From contig OZ024740.1 in NCBI GenBank assembly GCA_964016885.1, forward strand, positions 434,744,001 through 434,808,000: a stretch of DNA of 64,000 bases. Direction: 5' to 3'. The translations under genes were made by a program, and so were the position numbers. The notes beneath the pieces are model-generated. The model was not told where the DNA came from, searched no databases, and saw only the letters and a program-made list of their open reading frames with translations. Source of the stretch: Eledone cirrhosa. Lineage: Eukaryota. The stretch's first letter is position 1; the number at the start of each line of letters is the position of its first letter. Positions 11,301 to 23,800 of the stretch are shown one piece after another.

Positions 11301-14300
11301 GCAGTGAGGTGTACCCCAGTCTGTAGTGGCAGTGAGATGTACCCCTGTCTGTAGTGGCAGGAGGTGTACCCCAGTCTGTAGTGGCAGTGAGGTGTACCCC
11401 AGTCTCTACTGGCAGTGAGGTGTACCCCAGTCTCTACTGGCAGTGAGATGTACCCCAGTCTGTACTGGCAGTGAGGTGTACCCCAGTCTCTACTGGCAGT
11501 GAGGTGTACCCCAGTCTCTACTGGCAGTGAGGTGTACCCCAGTCTCTACTGGCAGTGAGATGTACCCTAGTCTGTAGTGGCAGTGAGGTGTACCCCAGTC
11601 TCTACTGGCAGTGAGATGTACCCCAGTCTGTAGTGGCAGTGAGATGTACCCCTGTCTGTAGTGGCAGTGAGGTGTACCCCAGTCTGTAGTGGCAGTGAGA
11701 TGTACCCCAGTCTCTACTGGCAGTGAGGTGTACCCCAGTCTCTACTGGCAGTGAGATGTACCCCAGTCTGTACTGGCAGTGAGGTGTACCCCAGTCTGTA
11801 CTGGCAGTGAGGTGTATCCCAGTCTCTACTGGCAGTGAGCTGTACCCCAGTCTGTACTGGCAGTGAGGTGTACCCCAGTCTGTACTGTCAGTGAGGTGTA
11901 CCCCAGTCTCTACTGGCAGTGAGGTGTACCCCCAGTCTGTAGTGGCAGTGAGGTGTACCCCAGTCTGTAGTGGCAGTGAGATGTACCCCAGTCTCTACTG
12001 GCAGTGAGATGTACCCCAGTCTCTACTGGCAGTGAGATGTACCCCAGTCTCTACTGGCAGTGAGATGTACCCCAGTCTCCACTGGCAGTGAGCTGTACCC
12101 CCAGTCTCTACTGGCAGTGAGCTGTACCCCCAGTCTCTACTGGCAGTGAGATGTACCCCAGTCTCTACTGGCAGTGAGATGTACCCCAGTCTCTACTGGC
12201 AGTGAGATGTACCCCAGTCTGTACTGGCAGTGAGATGTACCCCCAGTCTCTACTGGCAGTGAGCTGTACCCCCAGTCTCTACTGGCAGTGAGCTGTACCC
12301 TCAGTCTCTACTGGCAGTGAGGTGTACCCCCAGTCTCTACTGGCAGTGAGATGTACCCCAGTCTCTACTGGCAGTGAGATGTACCCCAGTCTCTACTGGC
12401 AGTGAGCTGTACCCCCAGTCTCTACTGGCAGTGAGCTGTACCCCCAGTCTCTACTGGCAGTGAGCTGTACCCCCAGTCTCTACTGGCAGTGAGATGTACC
12501 CCAGTCTCTACTGGCAGTGAGATGTACCCCAGTCTGTACTGGCAGTGAGATGTACCCCAGTCTCCACTGGCAGTGAGCTGTACCCCCAGTCTCTACTGGC
12601 AGTGAGCTGTACCCCCAGTCTCTACTGGCAGTGAGATGTACCCCAGTCTCTACTGGCAGTGAGATGTACCCCAGTCTGTACTGGCAGTGAGATGTACCCC
12701 AGTCTCCACTGGCAGTGAGCTGTACCCCCAGTCTCTACTGGCAGTGAGCTGTACCCCCAGTCTCTACTGGCAGTGAGCTGTACCCCCAGTCTCTACTGGC
12801 AGTGAGCTGTACCCCAGTCTCTACTGGCAGTGAGGTGTACCCCAGTCTCTACTGGCAGTGAGGTGTACCCCAGTCTCTACTGGCAGTGAGATGTACCCCA
12901 GTCTCTACTGGCAGTGAGGTGTACCCCAGTCTCTACTGGCAGTGAGGTGTACCCCAGTCTCTACTGGCAGTGAGGTGTACCCCAGTCTCTACTGGCAGTG
13001 AGGTGTACCCCAGTCTCTACTGGCAGTGAGGTGTACCCCAGTCTCTACTGGCAGTGAGGTGTACCCCAGTCTCTACTGGCAGTGAGATGTACCCCAGTCT
13101 CCACTGGCAGTGAGATGTACCCCAGTCTCCACTGGCAGTGAGATGTACCCCAGTCTTTACTGGCAGTGAGGTGTACCCCAGTCTCTACTGGCAGTGAGGT
13201 GTACCCCAGTCTCTACTGGCAGTGAGGTGTACCCCAGTCTCTGCTGGCAGTGAGGTGTACCCCAGTCTCTGCTGGCAGCGAGGTGTACCCCAGTCTCCAC
13301 TGGCAGCGAGGTGTACCCCAGTCTCCACTGGCAGCGAGGTGTACCCCAGTCTCCACTGGCAGCGAGGTGTACCCCAGTCTCTGCTGGCAGCGAGGTGTAC
13401 CCCAGTCTCTGCTGGCAGTGAGGTGTACCCCAGTCTCCACTGGCAGCGAGGTGTACCCCAGTCTCCACTGGCAGCGAGGTGTACCCCAGTCTCCACTGGC
13501 AGCGAGGTGTACCCCAGTCTCCACTGGCAGCGAGGTGTACCCCAGTCTCCACTGGCAGCGAGGTGTACCCCAGTCTCCACTGGCAGCGAGGTGTACCCCA
13601 GTCTCCACTGGCAGCGAGGTGTACCCCAGTCTCCACTGGCAGCGAGGTGTACCCCAGTCTCCACTGGCAGCGAGGTGTACCCCAGTCTCCACTGGCAGCG
13701 AGGTGTACCCCAGTCTCCACTGGCAGTGAGATGTACCCCAGTCTCCACTGGCAGTGAGATGTACCCCAGTCTCTACTGGCAGTGAGATGTACCCCAGTCT
13801 CTACTGGCAGTGAGGTGTACCCCAGTCTCTGCTGGCAGTGAGGTGTACCCCAGTCTCCACTGGCAGTGAGCTGTGCCCCAGTCTCTACTGGCAGTGAGGT
13901 GTACCCCAGTCTGTACTGGCAGTGAGGTGTACCCCAGTCTGTACTGGCAATGAGGTGTACCCCAGTCTGTACTGGCAATGAGGTGTACCCCAGTCTGTAC
14001 TGGCAGTGGGATGTACCCCAGTCTGTACTGGCAGTGAGATGTGCCCCAGTCTCTGCTGGCAGTGAGGTGTACCCCAGTCTGTAGTGGCAGTGAGGTGTAC
14101 CCCAGTCTGTAGTGGCAGTGAGGTGTACCCCAGTCTGTACTGGCAGTGAGGTGTACCCCAGTCTGTACTGGCAGTGAGGTGTACCCCAGTCTGTACTGGC
14201 AGTGAGGTGTACCCCAGTCTGTACTGGCAGTGAGGTGTACCCCAGTCTCCACTGGCAGTGAGATGTACCCCAGTCTCTACTGGCAGTGAGGTGTACCCCA

Positions 14301-17300
14301 GTCTGTAGTGGCAGTGAGGTGTACCCCAGTCTGTAGTGGCAGTGAGATGTACCCCAGTCTCTACTGGCAGTGAGGTGTACCCCAGTCTCTACTGGCAGTG
14401 AGGTGTACCCCAGTCTCTACTGGCAGTGAGATGTACCCCAGTCTCTACTGGCAGTGAGATGTACCCCAGTCTCTACTGGCAGTGAGATGTACCCCAGTCT
14501 CTACTGGCAGTGAGATGTACCCCCTGTCTCTACTGGCAGTGAGATGTACCCCAGTCTGTACTGGCAGTGAGCTGTACCCCCAGTCTGTACTGGCAGTGAG
14601 CTGTACCCCCAGTCTCTACTGGCAGTGAGCTGTACCCCCAGTCTCTACTGGCAGTGAGCTGTACCCCCAGTCTCTACTGGCAGTGAGGTGTACCCCAGTC
14701 TCCACTGGCAGTGAGGTGTACCCCAGTCTCCACTGGCAGTGAGGTGTACCCCAGTCTGTACTGGCAGTGAGGTGTACCCCAGTCTCTACTGGCAGTGAGG
14801 TGTACCCCAGTCTCTACTGGCAGTGAGGTGTACCCCAGTCTCCACTGGCAGTGAGGTGTGCCCCAGTCTGTACTGGTAGTGAGATGTACCCCAGTCTCTA
14901 CTGGCAGTGAGCTGTACCCCAGTCTCTACTGGCAGTGAGCTGTACCCCAGTCTCTACTGGCAGTGAGGTGTACCCCAGTCTCTACTGGCAGTGAGGTGTG
15001 CCCCAGTCTGTAGTGGCAGTGAGCTGTACCCCAGTCTCTACTGGCAGTGAGCTGTACCCCAGTCTCTACTGGCAGTGAGCTGTACCCCAGTCTCTACTGG
15101 CAGTGAGGTGTACCCCAGTCTCTACTGGCAGTGAGGTGTACCCCAGTCTCTACTGGCAGTGAGGTGTGCCCCAGTCTGTAGTGGCAGTGAGATGTACCCC
15201 AGTCTCCACTGGCAGTGAGCTGTACCCCAGTCTCTACTGGCAGTGAGGTGTACCCCAGTCTCTACTGGCAGTGAGCTGTACCCCAGTCTCCACTGGCAGT
15301 GAGCTGTACCCCAGTCTCTACTGGCAGTGAGATGTACCCCAGTCTCTACTGGCAGTGAGGTGTACCCCAGTCTCCACTGGCAGTGAGATGTACCCCAGTC
15401 TGTACTGGCAGTGAGATGTACCCCAGTCTCTACTGGCAGTGAGGTGTACCCCAGTCTCTACTGGCAGTGAGGTGTACCCCAGTCTGTAGTGGCAGTGAGG
15501 TGTACCCCAGTCTGTAGTGGCAGTGAGATGTACCCCAGTCTGTAGTGGCAGTGAGATGTACCCCAGTCTGTAGTGGCAGTGAGATGTGCCCCAGTCTGTA
15601 CTGGCAGTGAGATGTACCCCAGTCTCCACTGGCAGTGAGGTGTACCCCAGTCTGTACTGGCAGTGAGGTGTACCCCAGTCTGTAGTGGCAGTGAGATGTA
15701 CCCCAGTCTCTACTGGCAGTGAGATGTACCCCAGTCTCTACTGGCAGTGAGGTGTACCCCAGTCTCTACTGGCAGTGAGATGTACCCCAGTCTCTACTGG
15801 CAGTGAGGTGTACCCCAGTCTCTACTGGCAGTGAGATGTACCCCAGTCTCTACTGGCAGTGAGGTGTACCCCAGTCTGTAGTGGCAGTGAGATGTACCCC
15901 AGTCTCTACTGGCAGTGAGATGTACCCCAGTCTCTACTGGCAGTGAGGTGTACCCCAGTCTCTACTGGCAGTGAGATGTACCCCAGTCTGTAGTGGCAGT
16001 GAGGTGTACCCCAGTCTGTAGTGGCAGTGAGATGTACCCCAGTCTCTACTGGCAGTGAGATGTACCCCAGTCTCTACTGGCAGTGAGGTGTACCCCAGTC
16101 TCTACTGGCAGTGAGGTGTACCCCAGTCTCTACTGGCAGTGAGGTGTACCCCAGTCTGTACTGGCAGTGAGATGTACCCCAGTCTCTACTGGCAGTGAGG
16201 TGTACCCCAGTCTCTACTGGCAGTGAGGTGTACCCCAGTCTCTACTGGCAGTGAGGTGTACCCCAGTCTCTACTGGCAGTGAGGTGTACCCCAGTCTCTA
16301 CTGGCAGTGAGGTGTACCCCAGTCTCTACTGGCAGTGAGGTGTACCCCAGTCTCTACTGGCAGTGAGATGTACCCCAGTCTGTACTGGCAGTGAGGTGTA
16401 CCCCAGTCTGTACTGGCAGTGAGATGTACCCCAGTCTCTACTGGCAGTGAGGTGTACCCCAGTCTCTACTGGCAGTGAGGTGTACCCCAGTCTCTACTGG
16501 CAGTGAGGTGTACCCCAGTCTCTACTGGCAGTGAGGTGTACCCCAGTCTGTAGTGGCAGTGAGGTGTACCCCAGTCTCTACTGGCAGTGAGATGTACCCC
16601 TGTCTGTAGTGGCAGTGAGATGTACCCCTGTCTGTAGTGGCAGTGAGGTGTACCCCAGTCTGTAGTGGCAGTGAGATGTACCCCAGTCTCTACTGGCAGT
16701 GAGATGTACCCCTGTCTGTAGTGGCAGTGAGATGTACCCCTGTCTGTAGTGGCAGGTGTACCCCAGTCTGTAGTGGCAGGAGGTGTACCCCAGTCTGTAG
16801 TGGCAGTGAGATGTACCCCAGTGTGTAGTGGCAGTGAGGTGTACCCCAGTCTCTACTGGCAGTGAGATGTACCCCTGTCTGTAGTGGCAGTGAGATGTAC
16901 CCCTGTCTGTAGTGGCAGTGAGGTGTACCCCTGTCTGTAGTGGCAGTGAGGTGTACCCCAGTCTGTAGTGGCAGTGAGATGTACCCCAGTCTCTACTGGC
17001 AGTGAGATGTACCCCTGTCTGTAGTGGCAGTGAGATGTACCCCTGTCTGTAGTGGCAGGAGGTGTACCCCAGTCTGTAGTGGCAGTGAGGTGTACCCCAG
17101 TCTCTACTGGCAGTGAGGTGTACCCCAGTCTCTACTGGCAGTGAGATGTACCCCAGTCTGTACTGGCAGTGAGGTGTACCCCAGTCTCTACTGGCAGTGA
17201 GGTGTACCCCAGTCTCTACTGGCAGTGAGGTGTACCCCAGTCTCTACTGGCAGTGAGATGTACCCTAGTCTGTAGTGGCAGTGAGGTGTACCCCAGTCTC

Positions 17301-20190
17301 TACTGGCAGTGAGATGTACCCCAGTCTGTAGTGGCAGTGAGATGTACCCCTGTCTGTAGTGGCAGTGAGGTGTACCCCAGTCTGTAGTGGCAGTGAGATG
17401 TACCCCAGTCTCTACTGGCAGTGAGGTGTACCCCAGTCTCTACTGGCAGTGAGATGTACCCCAGTCTGTACTGGCAGTGAGGTGTACCCCAGTCTGTACT
17501 GGCAGTGAGGTGTACCCCAGTCTCTACTGGCAGTGAGCTGTACCCCAGTCTGTACTGGCAGTGAGGTGTACCCCAGTCTGTACTGTCAGTGAGGTGTACC
17601 CCAGTCTCTACTGGCAGTGAGGTGTACCCCCAGTCTCTACTGGCAGTGAGGTGTACCCCAGTCTGTAGTGGCAGTGAGGTGTACCCCAGTCTGTAGTGGC
17701 AGTGAGATGTACCCCAGTCTCTACTGGCAGTGAGATGTACCCCAGTCTCTACTGGCAGTGAGATGTACCCCAGTCTCCACTGGCAGTGAGCTGTACCCCC
17801 AGTCTCTACTGGCAGTGAGCTGTACCCCCAGTCTCTACTGGCAGTGAGATGTACCCCAGTCTCTACTGGCAGTGAGATGTACCCCAGTCTGTACTGTCAG
17901 TGAGATGTACCCCCAGTCTCTACTGGCAGTGAGCTGTACCCTCAGTCTCTACTGGCAGTGAGGTGTACCCCCAGTCTCTACTGGCAGTGAGATGTACCCC
18001 CAGTCTCTACTGGCAGTGAGATGTACCCCAGTCTCTACTGGCAGTGAGATGTACCCCAGTCTCTACTGGCAGTGAGCTGTACCCCCAGTCTCTACTGGCA
18101 GTGAGCTGTACCCCCAGTCTCTACTGGCAGTGAGCTGTACCCCCAGTCTCTACTGGCAGTGAGCTGTACCCCCAGTCTCTACTGGCAGTGAGATGTACCC
18201 CAGTCTGTACTGGCAGTGAGATGTACCCCAGTCTCCACTGGCAGTGAGCTGTACCCCCAGTCTCTACTGGCAGTGAGCTGTACCCCCAGTCTCTACTGGC
18301 AGTGAGGTGTACCCCAGTCTCTACTGGCAGTGAGATGTACCCCAGTCTCTACTGGCAGTGAGGTGTACCCCAGTCTCTACTGGCAGTGAGGTGTACCCCA
18401 GTCTCTACTGGCAGTGAGGTGTACCCCAGTCTCTACTGGCAGTGAGGTGTACCCCAGTCTCTACTGGCAGTGAGGTGTACCCCAGTCTCTACTGGCAGTG
18501 AGGTGTACCCCAGTCTCTACTGGCAGTGAGGTGTACCCCAGTCTCTACTGGCAGTGAGGTGTACCCCAGTCTCTACTGGCAGTGAGATGTACCCCAGTCT
18601 CCACTGGCAGTGAGATGTACCCCAGTCTCTACTGGCAGTGAGGTGTACCCCAGTCTCTACTGGCAGTGAGATGTACCCCAGTCTCTGCTGGCAGTGAGGT
18701 GTACCCCAGTCTCCACTGGCAGCGAGGTGTACCCCAGTCTCCACTGGCAGCGAGGTGTACCCCAGTCTCCACTGACAGCGAGGTGTACCCCAGTCTCTGC
18801 TGGCAGCGAGGTGTACCCCAGTCTCTGCTGGCAGTGAGGTGTACCCCAGTCTCTGCTGGCAGTGAGGTGTACCCCAGTCTCCACTGGCAGCGAGGTGTAC
18901 CCCAGTCTCCACTGGCAGCGAGGTGTACCCCAGTCTCCACTGGCAGCGAGGTGTACCCCAGTCTCCACTGGCAGTGAGATGTACCCCAGTCTCCACTGGC
19001 AGTGAGATGTACCCCAGTCTCTACTGGCAGTGAGATGTACCCCAGTCTCTACTGGCAGTGAGATGTACCCCAGTCTCTACTGGCAGTGAGATGTACCCCA
19101 GTCTCTACTGGCAGTGAGATGTACCCCAGTCTCTACTGGCAGTGAGGTGTACCCCAGTCTCTGCTGGCAGTGAGGTGTACCCCAGTCTCCACTGGCAGTG
19201 AGCTGTGCCCCAGTCTCTACTGGCAGTGAGGTGTACCCCAGTCTGTACTGGCAGTGAGGTGTACCCCAGTCTGTACTGGCAATGAGGTGTACCCCAGTCT
19301 GTACTGGCAATGAGGTGTACCCCAGTCTGTACTGGCAGTGGGATGTACCCCAGTCTGTACTGGCAGTGAGATGTGCCCCAGTCTCTGCTGGCAGTGAGGT
19401 GTACCCCAGTCTGTAGTGGCAGTGAGGTGTACCCCAGTCTGTAGTGGCAGTGAGGTGTACCCCAGTCTGTACTGGCAGTGAGGTGTACCCCAGTCTGTAC
19501 TGGCAGTGAGGTGTACCCCAGTCTGTACTGGCAGTGAGGTGTACCCCAGTCTGTACTGGCAGTGAGGTGTACCCCCAGTCTCTGCTGGCAGTGAAGTGTA
19601 CCCCCAGTCTCTGCTGGCAGTGAAGTGTACCCCCAGTCTCTGCTGGCAGTGAAGTGGACCCCCAGTCTCTGCTGGCAGTGAAGTGTGCCCCAGTCTCTGC
19701 TGGCAGTGAAGTGTGCCCCAGTCTCTGCTGGCAGTGAAATGTGCCCCAGTCTCTGCTGGCAGTGAGGTGTGCCCCAGTTTCTGCTGGCAGTGAGGTGTGC
19801 CCCAGTCTCTGCTGGCAGTGAAGTGTGCCCCAGTCTCTGCTGGCAGTGAAATGTGCCCCAGTCTCTGCTGGCAGTGAGGTGTGCCCCAGTTTCTGCTGGC
19901 AGTGAGGTGTGCCCCAGTCTCTGCTGGCAGTGAAATGTGCCCCAGTCTCTGCTGGCAGTGAGATGTGCCCCAGTCTCTGCTGGCAGTGAGATGTGCCCCA
20001 GTCTCTACTGGCAGTGAGATGTGCCCCAGTCTCTACTGGCAGTGAGATGTGCCCCAGTCTCTACTGGCAGTGAGATGTGCCCCAGTCTCTACTGGCAGTG
20101 AGATGTGCCCCAGTCTCTACTGGCAGTGAGATGTGCCCCAGTCTCTACTGGCAGTGAGATGTATCCCAGTCTCTACTGTCAGTGAGATGT
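2356..20190. repeat. 28-bp minisatellite/satellite, ~635 copies (17.8 kb)
   Basis: Unit GGCAGTGAG(A/G/C)TGTACCCCAGTCT(CT/CC/GT)A(C/G)T with internal stem CCAGT/ACTGG. Fills ~95% of the 18.8-kb intron between exons A and B. Confidence 0.98.
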
Positions 20191-20410
20191 TCTCACTTTA
20201 CAGCTAGGTGGACTGGGCTATTAACAATTTGTTTTTTTTAATCAGATTATTATATATTTCCCTATGGACAATACATAGTTATGTATTTAACTATTGTTAT
20301 TGATATGAACTGCTCAGGACTTGACTCTTTTGACAATTGAACCCATATAATATTTTGTATTCTCATTGAAGTAAATTCACTAAGTGCTGCTATGAAATTC
20401 TACATATCAG

Positions 20411-20541
20411 GTTACCAAGCTGCTCTTTCTAAACACATCTTGAAAAAGTATTTGATTTTGGTTTTCTTCTTGGATTATGCTAAAAGAAAGCGCCTCATAG
20501 AACATGATCCCTGCCTTTTCTGCAGAGACGCTGAAATCAAG
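20411..20541 (+). CDS. ASPM: ASPM internal exon B
   Basis: atcAG|GT TAC...ATCAAG|GTaagt. Encodes [44 protein letters not shown] (ASPM 'FLDYAK..RLIDHDPCLFCKDAEFK'). Phase 1 in, phase 0 out, consistent with both neighbours. Confidence 0.95.
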
Positions 20542-20614
20542 GTAAGTGTAAACCCTAAAACCCTTTTTACTGATTAGTTTCATTTAGTATAAATCTTTCT
20601 TTGAGTATTTTAGC

Positions 20615-20802
20615 ATTATTTACAATGTCTACATGTTTTAAAATTATTTCTTCTCCTACTTATTCCTAGGAGGGTCATGAGAGTGGAGTCCTTAAACACT
20701 TATTCCAGTGGGTCCTGGAAGGAGTGTTGGAGCACTCTTCCCCCATGACCCTACTAGAAATAAGTGGGAAAAGAAATAAAGAAAATTAACATTGTAAATG
20801 AT
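20615..20802. repeat. Long imperfect palindrome (fold-back MITE-like)
   Basis: Left arm atttacaatgt...cttattcctaggagggtcatg...ttccag is the reverse complement, with mismatches, of ctggaa...catgaccctactagaaataag...acattgtaaat. The loop is 6 nt. Confidence 0.85.
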
Positions 20803-20869
20803 ATGGTTTTTTTTTTTTTTTTTTTTTTCTACATTTTGGTAAATATAGAGTTACTTATGTTGTCAGTGT

Positions 20870-23800
20870 TTATATAACTGTTATATTACCTAGATGTTGT
20901 TAGTCTTTATATGTTATATTACCTAGATGTTGTTAGTCTTTATATCAGTTATATTACCTAGATGTTGTTAGTCTTTATATCAGTTATATTACCTAGATGT
21001 TGTTAGTCTTTATATGTTATATTACCTAGATGTTGTTAGTCTTTATATCAGTTATATTACCTAGATGTTGTTAGTCTTTATATAACTGTTATATTACCTA
21101 GATGTTATCATCATCGTTTAACGTCCATCTTCCACGCTTGCATGGGTTTGGACGGGAGTTTTCCCACTTGAGGCAAGATTGGTTGTCTTGCTCATATAGG
21201 ACTGTCTGGCGGGTTTTCTACGGCTGGATGCCCTTCCTAACACCAACCACGTTTACAGTGTGGACTGGGAGGTTTTTGCCGTGTTACCTACACGGCCACA
21301 TTAGTGTGGACTGTTTTTTTTTTTTTTCGTGACACCTACACGACCTCATTTATTTCAGACTGGATGTTGTGGTGCCAACATAACTTTACATCGAAAGGGG
21401 TGGTGTGGATGGGGCGGGGGTGTATTTTTGTTAGAGGTGCCTACTGACTAGGTTTCGCTTTGTACTTAGGCAAGGCGGGTCTTCTGTATTACTGTGTATC
21501 ACCAAAGATCTCGGTCCAGTGACATTGTCTTAGAGAGGTGTAAGTGTGTGAGGTCAGAATTTATCAAGTCGTCCCAGGTTTTTCTGGGTCTGCCTACTCC
21601 ATGGCTACCGTCTATTTCTATCGCCCTGCACTTTTTTATACAGCTGTCGTTTTTCATGCGCATCACGTGACCATACCAATGTAGTCTTCTCTCGAGTAAA
21701 CATCTGATTCCTCTTATTCCTAATTTCTCCCTTAGTTTATTTATGCTTTGCCGTTCACGTATATTACTATTACACATCTAACGGAGCATGCAAGCTTTGT
21801 TCCTCTCCAGTCTGCGTATATCCTCTGCACACAATGCCCAAGTCTCACTGCCATGTAACATTGCTGTTCTTATGCAGGCATCATACAGCCTGCCTTTCAT
21901 TTTTAGAGAGAACCCTTTAGCGGCCAATAGTGGTATAAGCTCTCTGAATTTTTTCCATCCCGTTCTGACTCTAGCTACTATACTTTCAGAGCACCCTCCC
22001 CCACTGCTGATTTTGTCACCCAGGTAACGGAAGGTGTCCACTATTTCTATAGAACCATCTGTGCAATGGAATGAGCTAGTTTTGGGCACTTGCTGCTACT
22101 TATTGCACCAGAGCACCGGCCACATATAAAATCTATATTCTTAGTTAGCTTACCTGTGATTCCACTACATCTTTTATGCACCCATACTTTGCATTTGGGA
22201 CATAAAATGGAGTTTCTGCCTACTCCTTTCCTACATACTGAGCATGGCCATTTCCCAGATGGGACCAGTGCCCTATTTTCCTTCCTACAAACTAGAACTT
22301 TAGTCTTAGCCAGGTTAATTTTAAGGCCTTTTGATTCTAGGCCATGCTTCCATGTTTGGAATTTCTTCTCTAGTTCAGCCATTGATTCAGCTATTAGTGT
22401 TAGATCATCTGTGTATAGAAGTTCCCATGGGCAGCCGGTCTTGAACTCCTCTGTTATAGCCTGAAGGGCAATAATAAATAGTAGGGGGCTAAAAACGGAG
22501 CCCTGGTGAACACCAACTTTTACGCTAAACTCTTCACTATATTCGTTGATAATTCTAACCTTGCTGACTGTTTCTTTATAGATGGCTTGTATAGCTCTCA
22601 CAAGCCATTCATCAACACCTAGTTTTCTAAGGGCCCACCAGATAATCGAGCAGGGTACTCTGTCAAAGGCTTTCTCCAAGTCAACAAAAGCTAAGTATAG
22701 GGGTTTACTCTTAGCTAGGTACTTCTCCTGTAGTTGTCGTACAATGAAAAGAGCGTCTGTGGTACTTTTGCCTGACACAAACCCGAACTGCATTTCGTCT
22801 AGATCAATTTGTTCTCTGATTAGTTGCGCTATTATTTTTTCTGTGACCTTCATGACCTGGTCAATTAATTTAATGCCTCTATAGTTTCCCCTATCTAGGG
22901 CATCTCCTTTACCCTTGTAGCAGTTAATGATGATGCTGCTGCGCCAGTCCTTCGGAACGACCCCATTCTGTATGACTTGGTTTACTATCCGGGTGACCAT
23001 AGTGTGTCCCACCGTTCCAGATGCTTTCAGCATTTCAGCAACTATTTCCGAAGGCCCAGCCGCCTTGCCTGTCTTCATGTCTTTGATCGCCTTACTTATG
23101 CTACCTTCAACTTGCACTGCTGGTCCCTCTATTGGATCGATGTGGGGGAGATTGTCTTTCTCCCAATTATTCTCCTCATTTAGTAGCCTTTCGTAGTGAC
23201 ACTTCCAAGCTACCTTCTTATCAGCGTCAGTGATGGCAAGTACACCATCATCATTAAGGACACACTTTTCCCCGACAATATCACGGTTTTCCTTGACACA
23301 TTGCCTAGCAATCCTGAACACCTCACGATTTTGGTCCTCGCATTGAGAACATTCTTGAACTTTCTTTCCTCTGCTTCCCTTCTTGCGAAGTACACTTGTC
23401 TCCTAGCTTCCCTCCTGGCCACTTGATAGTCTTCTCTACTTCCCCCATCCCGCCATGCTTTCCAAGCCTGCTTCTTGGCCTTGATTGACCCCTCCACCTT
23501 ACTGTTCCACCACCAAGTTACTCTCCTCCTGCCTATAGGTCTGCTCCAGCCACAAGTTTCATCTGTCGCCTTCAGCAGGTTAGCTTTCAGGAATTCCCAC
23601 TGTTCCTCTATATTGTATGACTCTAATTGCTCTTCCTTACTATCAAAAGCATCAAGTAATATGCTTTTAAATTTATTACTGGCTGTGGGGTCCTTTAACT
23701 TCCATATTTTTCTCCTGAGGATAGTCCTCTTCTGTTGTCGAGTACGTCTCATCCTGACTATGAAGTCGCTAATTATGAGTGTTGAGAGATGCATTTTTCA

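Noticed and set aside
3008-19310. Many ORFs of the METGVHLTASGDWG type
   Set aside because: These are translations of the 28-bp repeat, with the same peptide in all frames. No coding signal.
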